Assembly (NCBI RefSeq): GCF_009914755.1
Contig: NC_060940.1
Length of the DNA: 64,000 nucleotides
Source: the human T2T-CHM13v2.0 reference genome, Homo sapiens
Reading direction: 5' to 3' (one strand)
Shown: positions 40,788-57,105 of the stretch, one piece after another
How positions within the stretch are numbered: the stretch's first letter is position 1
Layout of the letters: the number at the start of each line of letters is the position of its first letter
The notes under the pieces: model-generated
The model's database searches: none
Told to the model about the DNA's origin: nothing
What the model saw: only the letters and a program-made list of their open reading frames with translations
Made by a program: the position numbers and the translations under genes

Positions 40788-41993
40788 TGAGTAGCTTAGA
40801 TTACAGGCAAGCACCACCATGCCTGGCTAATTTTTGTATTTTTAGTAGAGATGGGGTTTTACCATGTTGGCCAGGCTGGTCTCAAACTCCTGACTTTGTG
40901 ATCTGCCTACCTCGGCCTCCAAAGTGTTGGGATTATAGGCATGAGCCGCTGTCCTTGGCTTCCATTGGGATTTGACTGATACTTTTCTCATGATTAGACT
41001 GGGGTTATGTGTTCTGGGAGGAAGAGCCAGGAGGTGAGTGCCCTTTTCCTCACGTCCTACAAAGGGGACGTGCTCTCAGGAGGACTAACTTGATGCCTGG
41101 CTGAGGCAGTGCCTGTCAGGTTTCTTTATAGCAGAGCTACTGTTTTCCCCTGCATTTGATACTGTGCTCTTTGGAAGGAGGTCACTCTGTGCAGCCCATG
41201 CCTAAGGAATGGGGAGTTAAGCTCCACCTCCTTCAGGGCAGGGCATCTTCATCACTTATTGGAATTTTCTACCCTGGAGATTTGTCTCTTCTCCATTTAT
41301 TTATTCATTCATTTATATCAGTATGGATCCATGGATCCTGTATACTTTGGGTGTAATCCAATTCTACTGTATTTTGTTGCTCAAATTGTTCCAGCATTGG
41401 CTACTGGATGCCTTTCAGTTATCTCCCATGTCCCTGTGACACACTCCATCATTGTGAGATTTTGAGCACTTCCTTAACTTTCTGGCACCACAAGATGCTC
41501 CAGGCTCATCTTGTCTGTTTCCTGTCTTAGACCTAGAATCAGCTGTTTCTGCAAGGAGCCCTGGTTCCTTTCATTGGTGAATGGTATTAGAAACCAAGAT
41601 CAGGGTGCAAGATGTGCTCAGGGCTGTAGGGTGCTGTTGCTTCTTGGCCGTCTTAGCGGACAGAGCAAGGAAATCTGTGTGTGTACTAACCTGTATGTAC
41701 ACAAATCTATATTTCTATAGGTAACCATCTATGGTACTGTTTTAGCTAAACCTGTTCATGCTAACATCTCCAACTCTAATCCATGGTCATCACATGGATC
41801 ATTCTAAATACCTCTCCTTGCTCATCTGTAACAGTGGGAAGCCTGGCTCCTACCATCCTCCATCCATTTACTTAGTCGTTCCCTTTCACTCTGCACGTAT
41901 GGTGGCTTTAGAATTGTTAACCTTTCTAAAGGCTGGGTATGGTGCCTCACACCTGTAGTCCCAGCACTTTGAGAGGCTCAAGCAGGAGGATCA

Positions 41994-42272
<279 letters not shown>

Positions 42273-43284
42273 TCATTTATTTATTGAATGCCCTCTATGC
42301 TGGGCACTGTTTTCAACACCATGAACAAAACAAAGATCCCCGCCCTCGTGGAGTTATGTTCTAGTGCAGGAGATGAGCAAAACAATAAGAATGATAGATG
42401 GATAAACGATACTTTATATTGAAAGGAACACAGAAAAAGTAGGGCACAGTGAGAACCCTTGGGCCTGATGGAGGTAACTGGGACAAGTGGCAATTCAGGG
42501 TGCTCAGGGCAGGCCTTGTTGAGAAGGTGACATTTAAGCAGATTTTGAAGGCAGTGAGGGAGTTAGTCATGAGGACATCAGGGAAGAGTGCTCCAGGCAA
42601 GGGGAACATGATGGGGTGGGGACAAGGGGGGAACAAGGGGAACCCTGGGGTGGGGATGCACAGCCCTTCTGCTGTGCCCAGGGAACAGCAAGGCCAGCAT
42701 GGCTGGAGCAGAGAGAGGTGGGGGTTGGTAGGAGATGAAGTCACAGAGGTGGGAGGGGGGCACCACATTATAGGTGGCCTTGTCAGCCTCCCTGAGGATT
42801 CGACTTTTACACCAAATGAAATGGGGATCGTAAGAGTGACACTCTTTGTCTTAAGGACCCCTGTGCTCCTGTGCTGAGAAGAATGTAGGGGCAGATGTGG
42901 AGGCAGGGAGGCTGTTGCTGTCACACAGGCCCAAGGCTGTGGAGGCTCACACCAGGGTGGTAGAGGAGGATGGTGAGGAGTGGTCGGAATCTGGTTGTGT
43001 GTTAAAGATGGGGCCAGCAGGACTCACCAGCAGCCTGGATGAGGGGAGCGATAGGGACAGAAGAGTTAAGGCTGGTTTCGAGACTTTGGGCTCAAGCACC
43101 TCAAAGGATAGCATTGCCACCAACTCTAATGTATGGAGAAGGCTTGGGAGGAGGGTCCAGAATTCAGACATCTCAGTAGAGGTGTCCAGTAAGTAGGCAG
43201 CTGAGTATCTGAGTGTGACATTTAGCCTGGAAGTGATATATTTGGGCATTGTCAGTGTTTACAATCAGGAGACTGGCCAGGATC

Positions 43285-44060
43285 ACTGATTTAGTTTTTG
43301 CTGCTGCTGTAACAAAGTACCATAAACTTTGTAACTTAAAACAGCACGAGTTCATTATGGTTTTTCGCCCCCAACTCTGTCACCCAGGCTGGAATGCAGT
43401 GGCATGATCACGGCTCATTGCACCCTTTACTTCCTAGGCTCAAGTGATCCTACCTCAGCCTGCTTGAGTAGCTGGAATGGAAGCCTGGCTCCGTGTCCAG
43501 CTACTTTTTTTCTTACTTTTTGTAGAGAGAGGTCTCCCTGTGTTGCCTAGGCTGGTCTCAAATTCCTAGCCTCAAGCGATCCTCCCGCCTCGGCCTCTCC
43601 AAGTGCTAGGATTACTGGTATGAGCTGCTATGCCTGTCCTATTATCTCACAGTTCTGCATGTCAGAATTTCAAAATGGTCTTAAGGTGCTAAAATCAAAG
43701 TACCAGCAGGATGACATTCCTTTCCAGAGCCTCTGGGGGAGAATCTGTTCTCCGCCTTTTGTTTTTCCTCATGTTTCTAGAGGCCTCCTCCTTGGCTCAT
43801 GGCCCCTTCCCTTGTCTTCAAAGCCAGCAGTATAGCCTCTTCGAATCTCTCTCTGACTCTGGCTCTCCTGCCTCTGTCTTTCCCTTATGAGGTTTCTTGT
43901 GATTACACTGGACCTACCCGGGTAATTCAGGACAATCTCCCCATCTCAAGGTCCTTCATTTAATCATATCTGGATAGTCCCTTTTGCTACATAAGGCAGC
44001 TTATTGACAGGTTCCAGGGATTCACACATGAGCATCTTTGGGGCCATTATTTTGCCTACC
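43285..44060 (-). mobile_element. MLT1 LTR split by an AluJ (about 43360-43638)
   Basis: GCTGCTGTAACAAAGTACCATAAAC start; CCATCTCAAGGTCCTT...TTAATCATATCTG after the Alu. Confidence 0.7.
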
Positions 44061-44562
44061 TCAAGCACGAAGGGGATGATGGAGAGGAAGAGAGTGCCCA
44101 GGACCAAGCATTAAGAAGTCAGGAGCTGGCTGGGTGCAGTGGCTCATGCCTGTAATCCCAGCACTTTGGGAAGCTCATTTGGGCGGATCACTTGAGGTCA
44201 GGAGTTCAAGACCAGCCTGGCCAACATGGTGAAACCGCGTCTCTATTAAAAATACAGAAATTAGCCAGGCATGGTGGTGCATACCTGTAGTCCCAGCTAC
44301 TCAGGAGGCTGAGGCATGAGACTCGCTTGAACCCAGGAGGCAGAAGTTGCAGTGAGCTGAAATCACGCACAGAACTCCAGCCTGGATGACAGAGTGAAAC
44401 TCCATCTCAAAAAAAGAAAAAAAAAAATTCAAGAACTCAAGAGTTTGAGACCAGCCTGGCCAACATGGCAAGACCCCATCTCTACAGAAAATACAGAAAT
44501 TAGCCAGGTGTGGTGGTGCACACTGTAGTCCCAGCTACTCAGGAGGCTGAGTCAGGGAATCA

Positions 44563-44667
<105 letters not shown>

Positions 44668-44865
44668 TCAGGAGCTGAGGAGGAGCAGCTAGGAAGGTAG
44701 GAGGAACCAAGAGACCTGGGTCCAGGAAGCCCGGTGGACAAAGGGCACTGGGGAGGGGGTAAGCAGCAGCTGTGTCAATCACATCAGAGGTCGACTCAGA
44801 GGTCACCCATGGACATGGCAATGTGGCAGTTACTGGCGACCTTCAGAAGAACAGTTTGTGTGTAG

Positions 44866-45204
<339 letters not shown>

Positions 45205-46472
45205 TGAGCCACCGTGCCAAGCCTGGGGGTGGGGTTTAGAAGGAACACTGGCCACTCTTTCAAGGACTTTCACTGCCAAAGAGAACAGAAAAACGGGAAT
45301 GTGGCTGGCAGCGTAACTGGGCCGGGAGAATATTTGGTTTAGTTGGGGTTTGGTTTCCAGCGGGACAGCAGAGCAGGATTGTTTGCTGGTGGGAATGTGC
45401 AACAACAGAGAATGACAGATGAGGTGGTTTTGTGGCTCCCAAGCACGATGGTCTGGTGTTCACGAGGGTGTGTGAGATGCACCTCACTCAAACCTTGTTA
45501 CAAGGTTGGCATGTTACCCGTCTGATGTGAAAAAAAAAAGAAAAATAGACGAGACTGAGGAGGGAGTTGTTTGATGAATAAATGGATCACACCACACTTC
45601 TGCAACTTTTGTTCACTTAACCACATATCTCAGCAACATCTCCATGGGTAGTATTGCTCCGAGCAGTTCTGCTTGATTCTGCTTGCATAAATCTATCCTG
45701 TTGATCAGGGTCAGTAAATAGAAAGATAATGCAAGCCAGCCAGGTAAGGTGGCTCATGCCTGTAATCCCAGTGCTGTGAAAGGCCAGGGCAGGAGGATTG
45801 CTTGAGGCTAGGAATTTGAGACCAGCCTGGGCAAAATAGTGAGATCCCGTCTCTACCCTCCTCCCCCGACCAAAAAAAGCCAGGTGTGGTGTGATGCTCC
45901 TGCAGTCCCAGCTACTTGGGAGGCTGAGGTGGGAGGATCACTTCAGCCCAGGAGTTCAAGGATGCAATGAGTTATAATTGCACCACTGCACTCCAGCCTG
46001 GGCAACAGAGTGAGACTATATCTCAAGAAAGAAAGAGAAAGAGTAGAGAAAGAAAGAAATATAATGCAAGAAACAAATGTGAGCTCTATGTCATTTAAAT
46101 GGTGTTTTAATGTTTTATTTAACTCAGTATATCCAAAATATCATCACTTCAAGTGGTCAATATAGAATGGTTGGGCTACTTTACATACTTCTCTTCATAC
46201 CTAGTCTTCGAAATCCAGGGTGCATTTCATCCTTACAGTGCACCTCAGTTCAAACAAGCCACGTTTTAAGTCAGTGGCCACATGTGACTCGAGGCTCTAT
46301 TGTGGTCAGCACAGCCCAAAAAAAACTCACATAGCTTTGGGAGGCCGAGGCGGGTGGATCACAAGGTCAGGCGTTCAAGACCAACCTGGCCAATATGGTG
46401 AAACCCTGTCTCTACTAAAAATACAAAAATGAGCTGGGCGTGGTGGTGGGCGCCTGCAGTTCCAGCAACTCA

Positions 46473-46625
<153 letters not shown>

Positions 46626-46934
46626 CTACATACGAAACAGATGATCGCAGTGCTGCTGGTATAACCACAAAGCTAGAGCCAGCCTCACTGTACCCTGGCA
46701 TGGGGCTGACAATGTATATATTGTGGCTTTTTGCTTTTAAAAGCATTAAAAGGAAACATTCATTTGGGTTTAATTCGTTTATTTAAATTTTTTTTTTTTT
46801 TTTTTTTTGAGACAGGGTCTCGCTCTGCTGCCCAGGCTGGAGTGCAGTGGCGCCATCTCAGCTGCAACGTCTGCCTCCGAGTTCAAGCAGTCCTCCCGCT
46901 GGGACTACAGGTGTGCAACACCACACCCAGCTAA

Positions 46935-47159
<225 letters not shown>

Positions 47160-49179
47160 TAAATTAGAAAACAATCTCGGCAGATTGGAAGCCCTCATTT
47201 ACCCCTTCCTTCTGTCATTCCCATCCCTCCTCTCCCTGGACACTGGTGTTTATCGATTCGAAGTCCATCTTTATATGTGTAAGTATGTGTCCCCAAATGA
47301 TCAGAATACCGTTTTGAGGTGTTGAAAGCTTTGTGTCCCCGAACAGTGAGAACAGTTTTGGGGTGTTGAAATCTTGGTCTGGCTTCACACTCTATGTCTC
47401 ACATAATAACTTGCTTTGTCGCTGAGGGGTACCTGAGTGAGATTCATCGTAGATGCCTGGATGAAGAGAGGGGCCTTGCGCTTCTATTTGCCTTGTTACA
47501 TAGTGGTAAGTTACATATTATGTTACATAGTAATCCTTATGTGCCTACCTTGTAACTGTCTTAATTGCCTCTTGTTTTTTGTGGGGGTTTTTTTGAGACA
47601 GAGTCTCACTCTGTTGCCCAGGCTGGAGTGCAGTGGCACAATCTCGGCTCACTGAAACCTCCGCCTCCCAGGCTCAAGTGGTTCTCATGCCTCAGCCTCC
47701 TAAATTGCTGGGACTACAGACATGCACCACCACGCCCAGCTAATTTTTGTGTTTTTAGTAGAGATGGAGTTTGGCCATGTTGGCCAGGCTGGTCTCGAAC
47801 TCCTGACCTCAAGTGATCCACCCACATCAGCTTCTCGAAGTGCTGGGATTAGAGATGTGAGCCACCATGCCTGGCCTTCATTCCCTCTTGATGGACACTT
47901 GGGCTGTTTCCAATTTTCTGCCATTATAAACAGTGCTGCTGTGGCTAGAATTTCTCTGGAATATATTCAGTGGACTAGCAGTTCTCAAATTTTAGCATGC
48001 ACCAGAATCACCTAGAGGGCTGGTAAAGACACAAGGTTCAATCTAGAATCCCACGTTGCATTTACGCTACTACTTTTTCTGTTTTTTCCTCTTAAAAATT
48101 AAAAAACAAAAAATAGAAACGGGTTCTCACCATGTTTCCCAGGCTGGTCTCAAACTCCTGGGCTCAAGCAATCCTTCCACCTCAGCCTCCCAAAGTGCTG
48201 GGATTATAGGCGTGGACCACCATGACCAGCCCTATTCCTTTTTAAATTAATAGTAATAATAAGCAAACCTGGAAAAGACCCCACACGTCCAGAGGTGTTC
48301 AGGTGAGGAGTCGGGGGAAGGATCATGAGACAGGATCAGCGTCTTGACCCAGACTTGCTTGGGCCCTGCAAGGACCTGTGGGACCTCTGGGCCCCTCTCA
48401 CCTCCAGACAGGGCGGCTCCTCCCCACACCCAGCTGGGTGGAGTGGGTGACCTATCTATACTGCTGGCCCTGTGGGCCCTGTAATTAGAGAGATCTACTG
48501 GAGTTCAGCATCTCTATGACCTAGGAGAGTCCCTACAAAGAGTCTCAGGCTTCCCCTCTGTGGAGGAGTCCAGGGTGGGGGTGAGAGGCTCTGAGGGGCT
48601 GCACTCAGAACCTGGGTCTTTCATTTATTTGGCAAATCTTAAATGTCCCAAGTATTCACCAAGCCTTGTGCTGGTGCTGGGGGGACAGCAGAGAGCCTGA
48701 CACTCCCAGGGGGCTCCTCATCAAAGGGGAGGCCTACAGTAAACAAATAATTACACAAATAAATATAGAAAATGAACTGTCACTTGGGGAGGCGTGGGTC
48801 TTGGAGTGGGGTTTTGAGGTGTGAATAGGAGTTCACAAAGCCTCAGAGGAAGGGGAAGGACTACGTTATTCATAAAAATCTCACTGGAAATGAAAAACAC
48901 TTTGAGGGTTCCGCTGTCTGTTGTCAGACTACCCAAATACCATTGCCAGGAAATTCCAGCAGGCCCACACAGCAGAGCGGTCCAGGGCCAAATAACTTCA
49001 AAAAGTAAAATTAGAAAAGCCTCTCTGAAAAGTAGCTGTACACCTAAAGTCTATGTTTAATGTGGCCCATAGATGTGTTTTGTAGGTTTGCTCTGATGTG
49101 GATTGGGGTCCCCCAAGCAGTTGTACCAGTCACACCTCTGAGCTCCTAAAGCAGCTCTGGCAGCCAGGCAGGAAAACCA

Positions 49180-49750
49180 TGGGCAGTTTCTTATAAAGTT
49201 AAACATTCACCTACGCTGAGACCCAGCAGTCCCACTCTCAGGTATTTACCCAAGAGCAAAGAAAGCATGTGCCCATCAAGATCTGTGCACAGATATTCAT
49301 AGGAGCTCTGCTCCTAATAATCCCAAACTGGGAAACGTCCCAAATATCCATCAACAGTGAGAATGGATAAACAAATTGAGGTACCTCCATACAATGGGAC
49401 ACTGCTCCCCAATAAAACATTGCAAACCATTGCACACACCACGTCATGCACCGCTCTCGCACGTGTTGTGTTGTGTGAAACAAACCAGACAAGAAGGGAC
49501 GCATCCCAAGTGACTGATTGGTTTATGTACAGTTTAAGAACAGCCAAATCTCACTGCTATTTATAGATGGCACAGCAGTGGTTACCTCTGCTAGTGGGGC
49601 GGGGGGTCGCTTGTGTACTGGGAAGGGGCTCCAGGGAACCTTCTGGAGGCTGAGGGTGCCCTTGATCCTGATTTGAGTGGTGACTATATAGGTATAAAAA
49701 ATGATCAAGCTGGACACTTAAAGTCAACATAGTTTATGCACTTTCACGTG
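49180..49750 (+). mobile_element. Old L1M 3' fragment
   Basis: CCCAGCAGTCCCACTCTCAGGTATTTACCCAAGAG and AATGGATAAACAAATTG motifs. Confidence 0.7.
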
Positions 49751-51301
49751 TAAACATTATTCCTTAAGAAAATAAAAACAGCACCAGTGGCTCCCCCCTT
49801 CCCTGCAGACTCCCCCGACACCACCACCTCCTTCTTCGCCTTGCATCGGTACGATAAGGCACTTGCTTGACGGGAAAGAGAAACTCAGCTGCCAGCTGGG
49901 GTTCATTTGCACTTTCCCCCGCCTGGTCTGCGGTCTGGCTGTGCAGCTAGCCGCTCTGACGGGGAGGAGGGGCCCAAAGCCACTGCCTGCCGCCTGGGCA
50001 GGGGAGAGGGGCACGTGAGGCTCATGGCAGAGGCACAGCCAGCTTCTTGCATGTGCCCTCCCCGGGGAATGTCTGCAGAGCCCAAGACTGCCACGCCGTG
50101 GGCACAGCCCTGGCAACAAACAGCCACTTACCCAGTCACCATGCTCTACTTCTCAGCTGCAGCCCCACGGCCTGGACTCGCTTGCCCAGGCCCCCCAGCC
50201 ACAAATCCTGGGCCCCTCCCTGAAACCTCCAGACACAAACTCACTTCAGGCTGGGGCCTTGGTTTCCCCATCTGGAAAAGGGGTGAAAAGCCCCATCTTT
50301 CCAGTGTAGCAGTCGAGGCATTTGCAGCAGGTGTTTGTGCTCAGTGTATCGACGTAGGAGGCTCTCAAAAAGGATGTAGAAAACATGAATAGTTATGAGT
50401 CCTGTTTTAATAAAATTAGAATAAAAAATAAAAGCCAGGCAAGGTGTTGTGCGCCTATAATCCCAGCTACTCATGAGGCTGAGGCGGGAGGATCACTTGA
50501 GCCCAGTTCAAGCCCAGCCTGGGCAGCATGATGAAACCCAATCTCTACACAAAATACAAAACATAGCTGAGCGTACTCCCTAGCTACTAGGGAAGCTGAG
50601 GTGGGAAGATTGCTTGAGCCCATGAGTTTGAGGCTGCAGTAAGCTTTGATCACACAAGTGCACTCTAGCCTGGGTTACAAAAAATAAAATAGGCCAGGCA
50701 CAGCGGCTCACAGCTATAATCCCAGCTCTTTGTGAGGCTGAGGTGGGAGGATCACTTAAGCTCAGGAGTTTGAGACCAGTCTGGGCAACACAGCAAGACC
50801 CCATCTCTACAAAAAAATTTTTAAAAAATTAGCTAGGCATGGTGGCGTGTGCCTGTAGTCCCAGATACTCAGGAGCTTGAGGTGGAAGGATCACTGGAGC
50901 CCAGGAGTTCAAGGCTGCAGTGAGCTATGATTGCACCATTGCACTCCAGCCTGGGTGACAGAAAGACCCTGTCTTTAAAAAACAAACAAACAAACAAAAA
51001 GAGTGAAAGATAAACAAATAATTAAATTTAAAAATAAATAGAACTAGAAGAGGAAGCCCAAACTATTTCTGAATGTGTTCATCTGAGAAGAGGGCAAAAT
51101 GTAAAATACACACCAATTGTTTCACCATTATTTTCCCCCGAAGTTCGGATTAAAGAAAGGGAGGGGATTAGCGCTTCAACACACCTCCCTTTGTCCTGGG
51201 TGTCGTGCTTCAGCATGTGTGGATGGTAGCTTTGTGGTTAAAAAAAAAAAAGAAGAAGAAATGAGAGCAAAAAGTACTTTGAGAACTCTTTGTAGCTGTC
51301 A

Positions 51302-51965
<664 letters not shown>

Positions 51966-53549
51966 TCAGGGCCAATGAGGGGCACTCAGGTCTGAGGTTC
52001 CCTTCATTTCCCCCAGGGGAACCTGGTGAAAGTAAGCCATGGATTCACCCCCAGACTCTTCTCTTGTGCCCTGAAACCTGATTTCTCTAAGACCCACAGC
52101 CTAGGAAGGCTGGGCCAGGGTGAGCCTGGATAGCTGCTTCCCCCGCCATTCCCCCACCCACCCCAGGCCAGCAGGCAGTCATTTCTTGTTTTCTGCCACC
52201 GCTGGGTGTTCTGCTCTGACGAGGAGGCCCCAGGTAAACAGTAAGGCTGCCTGAACATGCACTGCTGGCTCGACCTTCCCCAGGCCCCCCAGCCACAAAT
52301 CCTGGGCCCCTCCCTGAAACCTCCAAACACAAGACCCAGTTTTGCATCAAATGAGTCTGCAGAGGGAGGGAAAGGAAGCTGCCTGTGGAGTCAGGTGGAA
52401 CCTGGTCAGGTGTGTTTGTGTCTCTGAGCCTCAGTTTCCTCATTTGGACACAGAGCTGGTAAGATCAGCCTTGTAGATTCTATGTAAGGATTAGAAACAT
52501 CACCAGGGTAGGGCCTGGCACATGTGCTGAGAGGCCGGAGGGTGGTGGTTCTAGCAGGGGGTCTGGAGCCCAGTGCTTGGTTTAAGTCCCAGCATAGGAC
52601 TTAACTTCCCTCTGTCCACCCAGGTCACACTCAGAGGATATCTGCTGAGCACCTATGGTATACCAGGCACTGTGCAGGGGTGCTCTTGGCCTCAGTTTCC
52701 CCATCTGTCCAATGACAACTCTCACGGCCATTGCCTAATAGGGCTGTTGGGAGGATTAAATACCTTAGCAGTGCCTGTCACAGCAAGCAACTGAGTTTGC
52801 TGCTTCAGGGGCAGTGCCCCTCACGGGATGATGGTGACTCGATGACAAGTAGGGCAGAGAGTGCAGGCTGGGCCAGGACTGCTTTCCAAATTGGGCCTCT
52901 CTGTTCCCTTGCTGGCCTGGATTTTGAAACGCCTTGCTCAGGCTGGCCAAGCGTTCTTGGTCCTCAGCATCTGTCTCTCTCCTGGTGGCCTGTCCAGAGA
53001 TGCATGGTGGTTTCCATGGACACCTTCTTCCATAAAAAAGAGAAAATGAAATTGTACTTACGACCACATTGGTATAACGACAAACGTAATGCAGGATGGA
53101 TTTGTTATTACATTGTCATCATGATCCCATGTGTTCTCCTCCTTTCTTTTAAAAGAACTTTAAATGAAAACATTTCCGTGGGCGCCTGAAGTGTCATAGC
53201 CCCAGGAGCTGTGCCTGCTGAGCCCACAAGGGGTCCACCCTGGGTGGGCTTTTTCAGATTGTAAATCCCCCCCATTACCTCTTCTTAGAAGGTCACCCTT
53301 GCCCGGGCGCAGTGGCTTATGCCTTTAATCCCAGCACTTTGAGAGGCTGAGATGGAAGGATCACTTGAGCCCAGGAGTTCAAGACCAGCCTAGGCAACAT
53401 AGTGAGACCCCATCTCTAATTTTAAAAACAAACAAAAAAACAAGCTAAGGTCATGTGCAGGTGTGTTTAAAAAATAACAAAAAATTGGCCAGGCACGGTG
53501 GCTTACGCCTGTAATCCCAGCACTTTGGGAGGCCAAGGCAGGCGGATCA

Positions 53550-53933
<384 letters not shown>

Positions 53934-54252
53934 CTACTTTCCCATTTAAAGTAGGGTGCAGAGGACCCTGCTTGCCAAAGCCATTTGACTGACTGTGAGA
54001 CTGTAGCCATGACCATGGAAATCACAGCTGCTAGCAGTGGTGGAGTATTTCACATATTTCACGTAAACCACTGGTCTCCCCAGTAGACAGAAGCCCAGGG
54101 AAGCCACAGAACGTGCCCAGAGTTATGCAGTAAGTGATAGAATCAAGATCAGCCAGAGATCCCCTGAAGTGTCTGATCTTCTTCCCCACAATGTCATATA
54201 AAATATCAGCAAGACCCTCAGTGGTGGATGTGAACTTATTAATTATATACAT

Positions 54253-54704
54253 TATATTCATTTCCCAACGTTGTGGTAACAAATTCCCACAGACTGGGTG
54301 GCTTAAAACAATAGAAATGTATTCTCTCATGGTTCTGGAGGCCAGAAGTTCAAAGTCAAGGTGTTGGCAGGCAGGGCTGGTTCCTCCCAGAGGCTCTAGG
54401 GGAGAATCTGTTCCATGCCTCTCCCTAGCTTCTGGGAGCTGCTGGCGACCCCCAATGCTCCTGGGTGTGGAGATGCATTAGTCACTCCAGTCTATGCCTC
54501 CCTCTTCACAAGGCCTCCTTTCCATTGTCTTCTACCCTTCTAAGTACACTTGTTGTTGGATTCAGGGCCCACCCTAATCCAGAATGATCTCATCTCTAGA
54601 TCCTTCACTTAATCATGTTTGCAAAGATCCTATTTCCAAACAAAGTCACCTTCATAAGGCTTTGAAAGGGGTTAAGATGTGAACTTATCTTTTTGGGGCC
54701 AGTA
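54253..54704 (-). mobile_element. MLT1 LTR
   Basis: GGTGGCTTAAAACAATAGAAATGTATTCTCTCATGGTTCTGGAGGCCAGAAGT motif. Confidence 0.8.
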
Positions 54705-55516
54705 CACATGGGACACAGATGAGTGCCAAAAGGAATCCCAGGAAGCTGTCAAAAGCAACAATAAGGATGTGAATAAAAGTAATATCTTAGGCTGGGTATG
54801 GTGGCTCACACCTGTAATCCCAGTGCTTTAGGAGGCCAAGGCAGGAGGATCACTTGGGCCCAGGAATTTGAGACCAGCCTGGGCAACATAGTGAGACCCC
54901 ACCTGTACAAAAAAGTTTAAAAATTAGCCAGAGGTGGTGGCACAAGCCTGTAATCCCAGCTACTTGGGAGGCTGAGGCAGGAGGATCATTTGAGGCCAGA
55001 AGTTCGAGACCTGCCTGGGCAACATAGCAAGACCCCATCTCTACAAAAAATAAAACAAAAATTAAATAGTAATATATTGGCATATGGCCCAGCACCTGGC
55101 ATATGACAAGTACATATGTATGTATATATGTATGTGTATATTATATATATATATACACACACACATACATACTTTTCTTATATCTATAAAGTTTTCAATC
55201 TCAGAGAAAATGTTTGGATGCGCTGGTTTTGCCCAGTTTCAATGTTTTCCCAAACACTAGCAGGTCTCCTCCATCTCTCTTGACTTTGTTGAAACACCTT
55301 TAGTCTCGTTTTCTGTTTGGCAGATGGCCAGTGTTCCTGCAGCTGCTTCAGGTCTGTACAAGCCCCACTTGTGGACACTTTATCTGCAAAGGGGGCCCCT
55401 GATTTTTCCAGCCTGGGGCCTTTCCTCCTGCCTCCCTCGGCCCAAGATGCCTCCACCCTCCGCCTTTCACCTGTTGAGACGCATTTTGTAAAATAAGTTT
55501 GCCCTCTGTCTGCCCT

Positions 55517-56191
55517 TGTTACAGTAGGCAGTCAGACATAAGCAGGGCAGGAGAGGGTGCCCCCCAACCAGGACTGTCAGGCCACCATCAGGTGATGGTC
55601 AGGTGATTTAACTGTCTCTCCAAAATAATAATTGGTTGTAGCCAGCACTGAGGAAAGGCAGGCTCCCAATAGATTAAAAAACACCAGAAATATGATCAGC
55701 AGCTTTGCGATAAGATCTCAGAGTTGGCTCAAGCATGCATACTAAGAGGCAGAATGGCAGAGTCTGGTCTGTGACCTGCTTCTAGGAACGCTGGACTGGT
55801 AAGGGAAAAACGCCTCAAGTGAGCATGCGCACAACTTCAGTAAACACACTGCGCATGCTCCCCTCCCAAGGACAGGCAGGCCACGGCTAAGGGGACGGCC
55901 CACCCCAAGGGAAGGATCGGGAGAAGTAGTGCAACCCTGGAAGCGTGCCAGCATATAAGACCTCAAGTCAAATGGCAAAGTGGGCAGTTGACTCGTTCAA
56001 GTCGCCCGCCTGGCACTCTTCCAAGTGAACTTGACTTCCTTTCATTCCTGCCCTAAAACTTTTTAACAAATGTTCACTCCTGCTCTAGAGCTTGCCTCTC
56101 TTTGCCTTATGCCCCCTGCGTCGAATTCTTTCTTCGGAGGAGGCAAGAATTGAGGTTGCTGCAGACTCGTATGGACTCACTGCCGCTAACA
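55517..56191 (+). mobile_element. ERV1 solo LTR, MER50-like
   Basis: TG...CA termini (TGTTACAGTAGG...GCCGCTAACA); TATAA near 55954; family from recalled consensus; no clean TSD. Confidence 0.7.
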
Positions 56192-56838
56192 CACACTGGT
56201 GCCCTGTGACTCAGATATGTTCCCTAGTGCTAACATTCCCAGCTCCAAAAGAACTGGGTCAAGTCTGTCCTGTTTACATTGCTGGGTCCTTGTGCTGGAA
56301 AAGGAGCCCCCACCCGCCCCCACTCCACAAAACCATTTCCAATAGTCTTGAGATTTCTCACCCTGCCCCGACCCACCTTTCTGACTCCATCTCCCCCACC
56401 CCTCCACATGCGTTATGTTTCAGTTGCCGGAATTGAAATCACGTTGCCGTTCCCTCTGCCTGGAATGCTTTTCTGCATTAGGGCATGGCTGATGCCTTCC
56501 TAGCTTCCAGATCTCAGCAAAGTGTCCTGGGGCTGCTGTGCCTGGAAGGGACACATTTTGGGTGCCTCCTTACATTATCCGCCCATACCACTGGACAATC
56601 GGGTGCTCTGTCTTGCCTCTCTGTGTGCTAGCTGCTTCTCTCCACCAAATCACAATATCCTTAAGAACAAGGACGTTGTTTTGTTCATGGCTTCAGTCCC
56701 AGCACCTAGCAAGTCGTAAGTGCTTAGAAAATAATGTGTTCAGAGGCCAGGCGCGGTGGCTCACACCTGTAATCCCAGCACTTTGGGAGGCCGAGGCGGT
56801 CGGATCACGAGGTCAGGAGATCGAAACCATCCTGGCTA

Positions 56839-57105
<267 letters not shown>

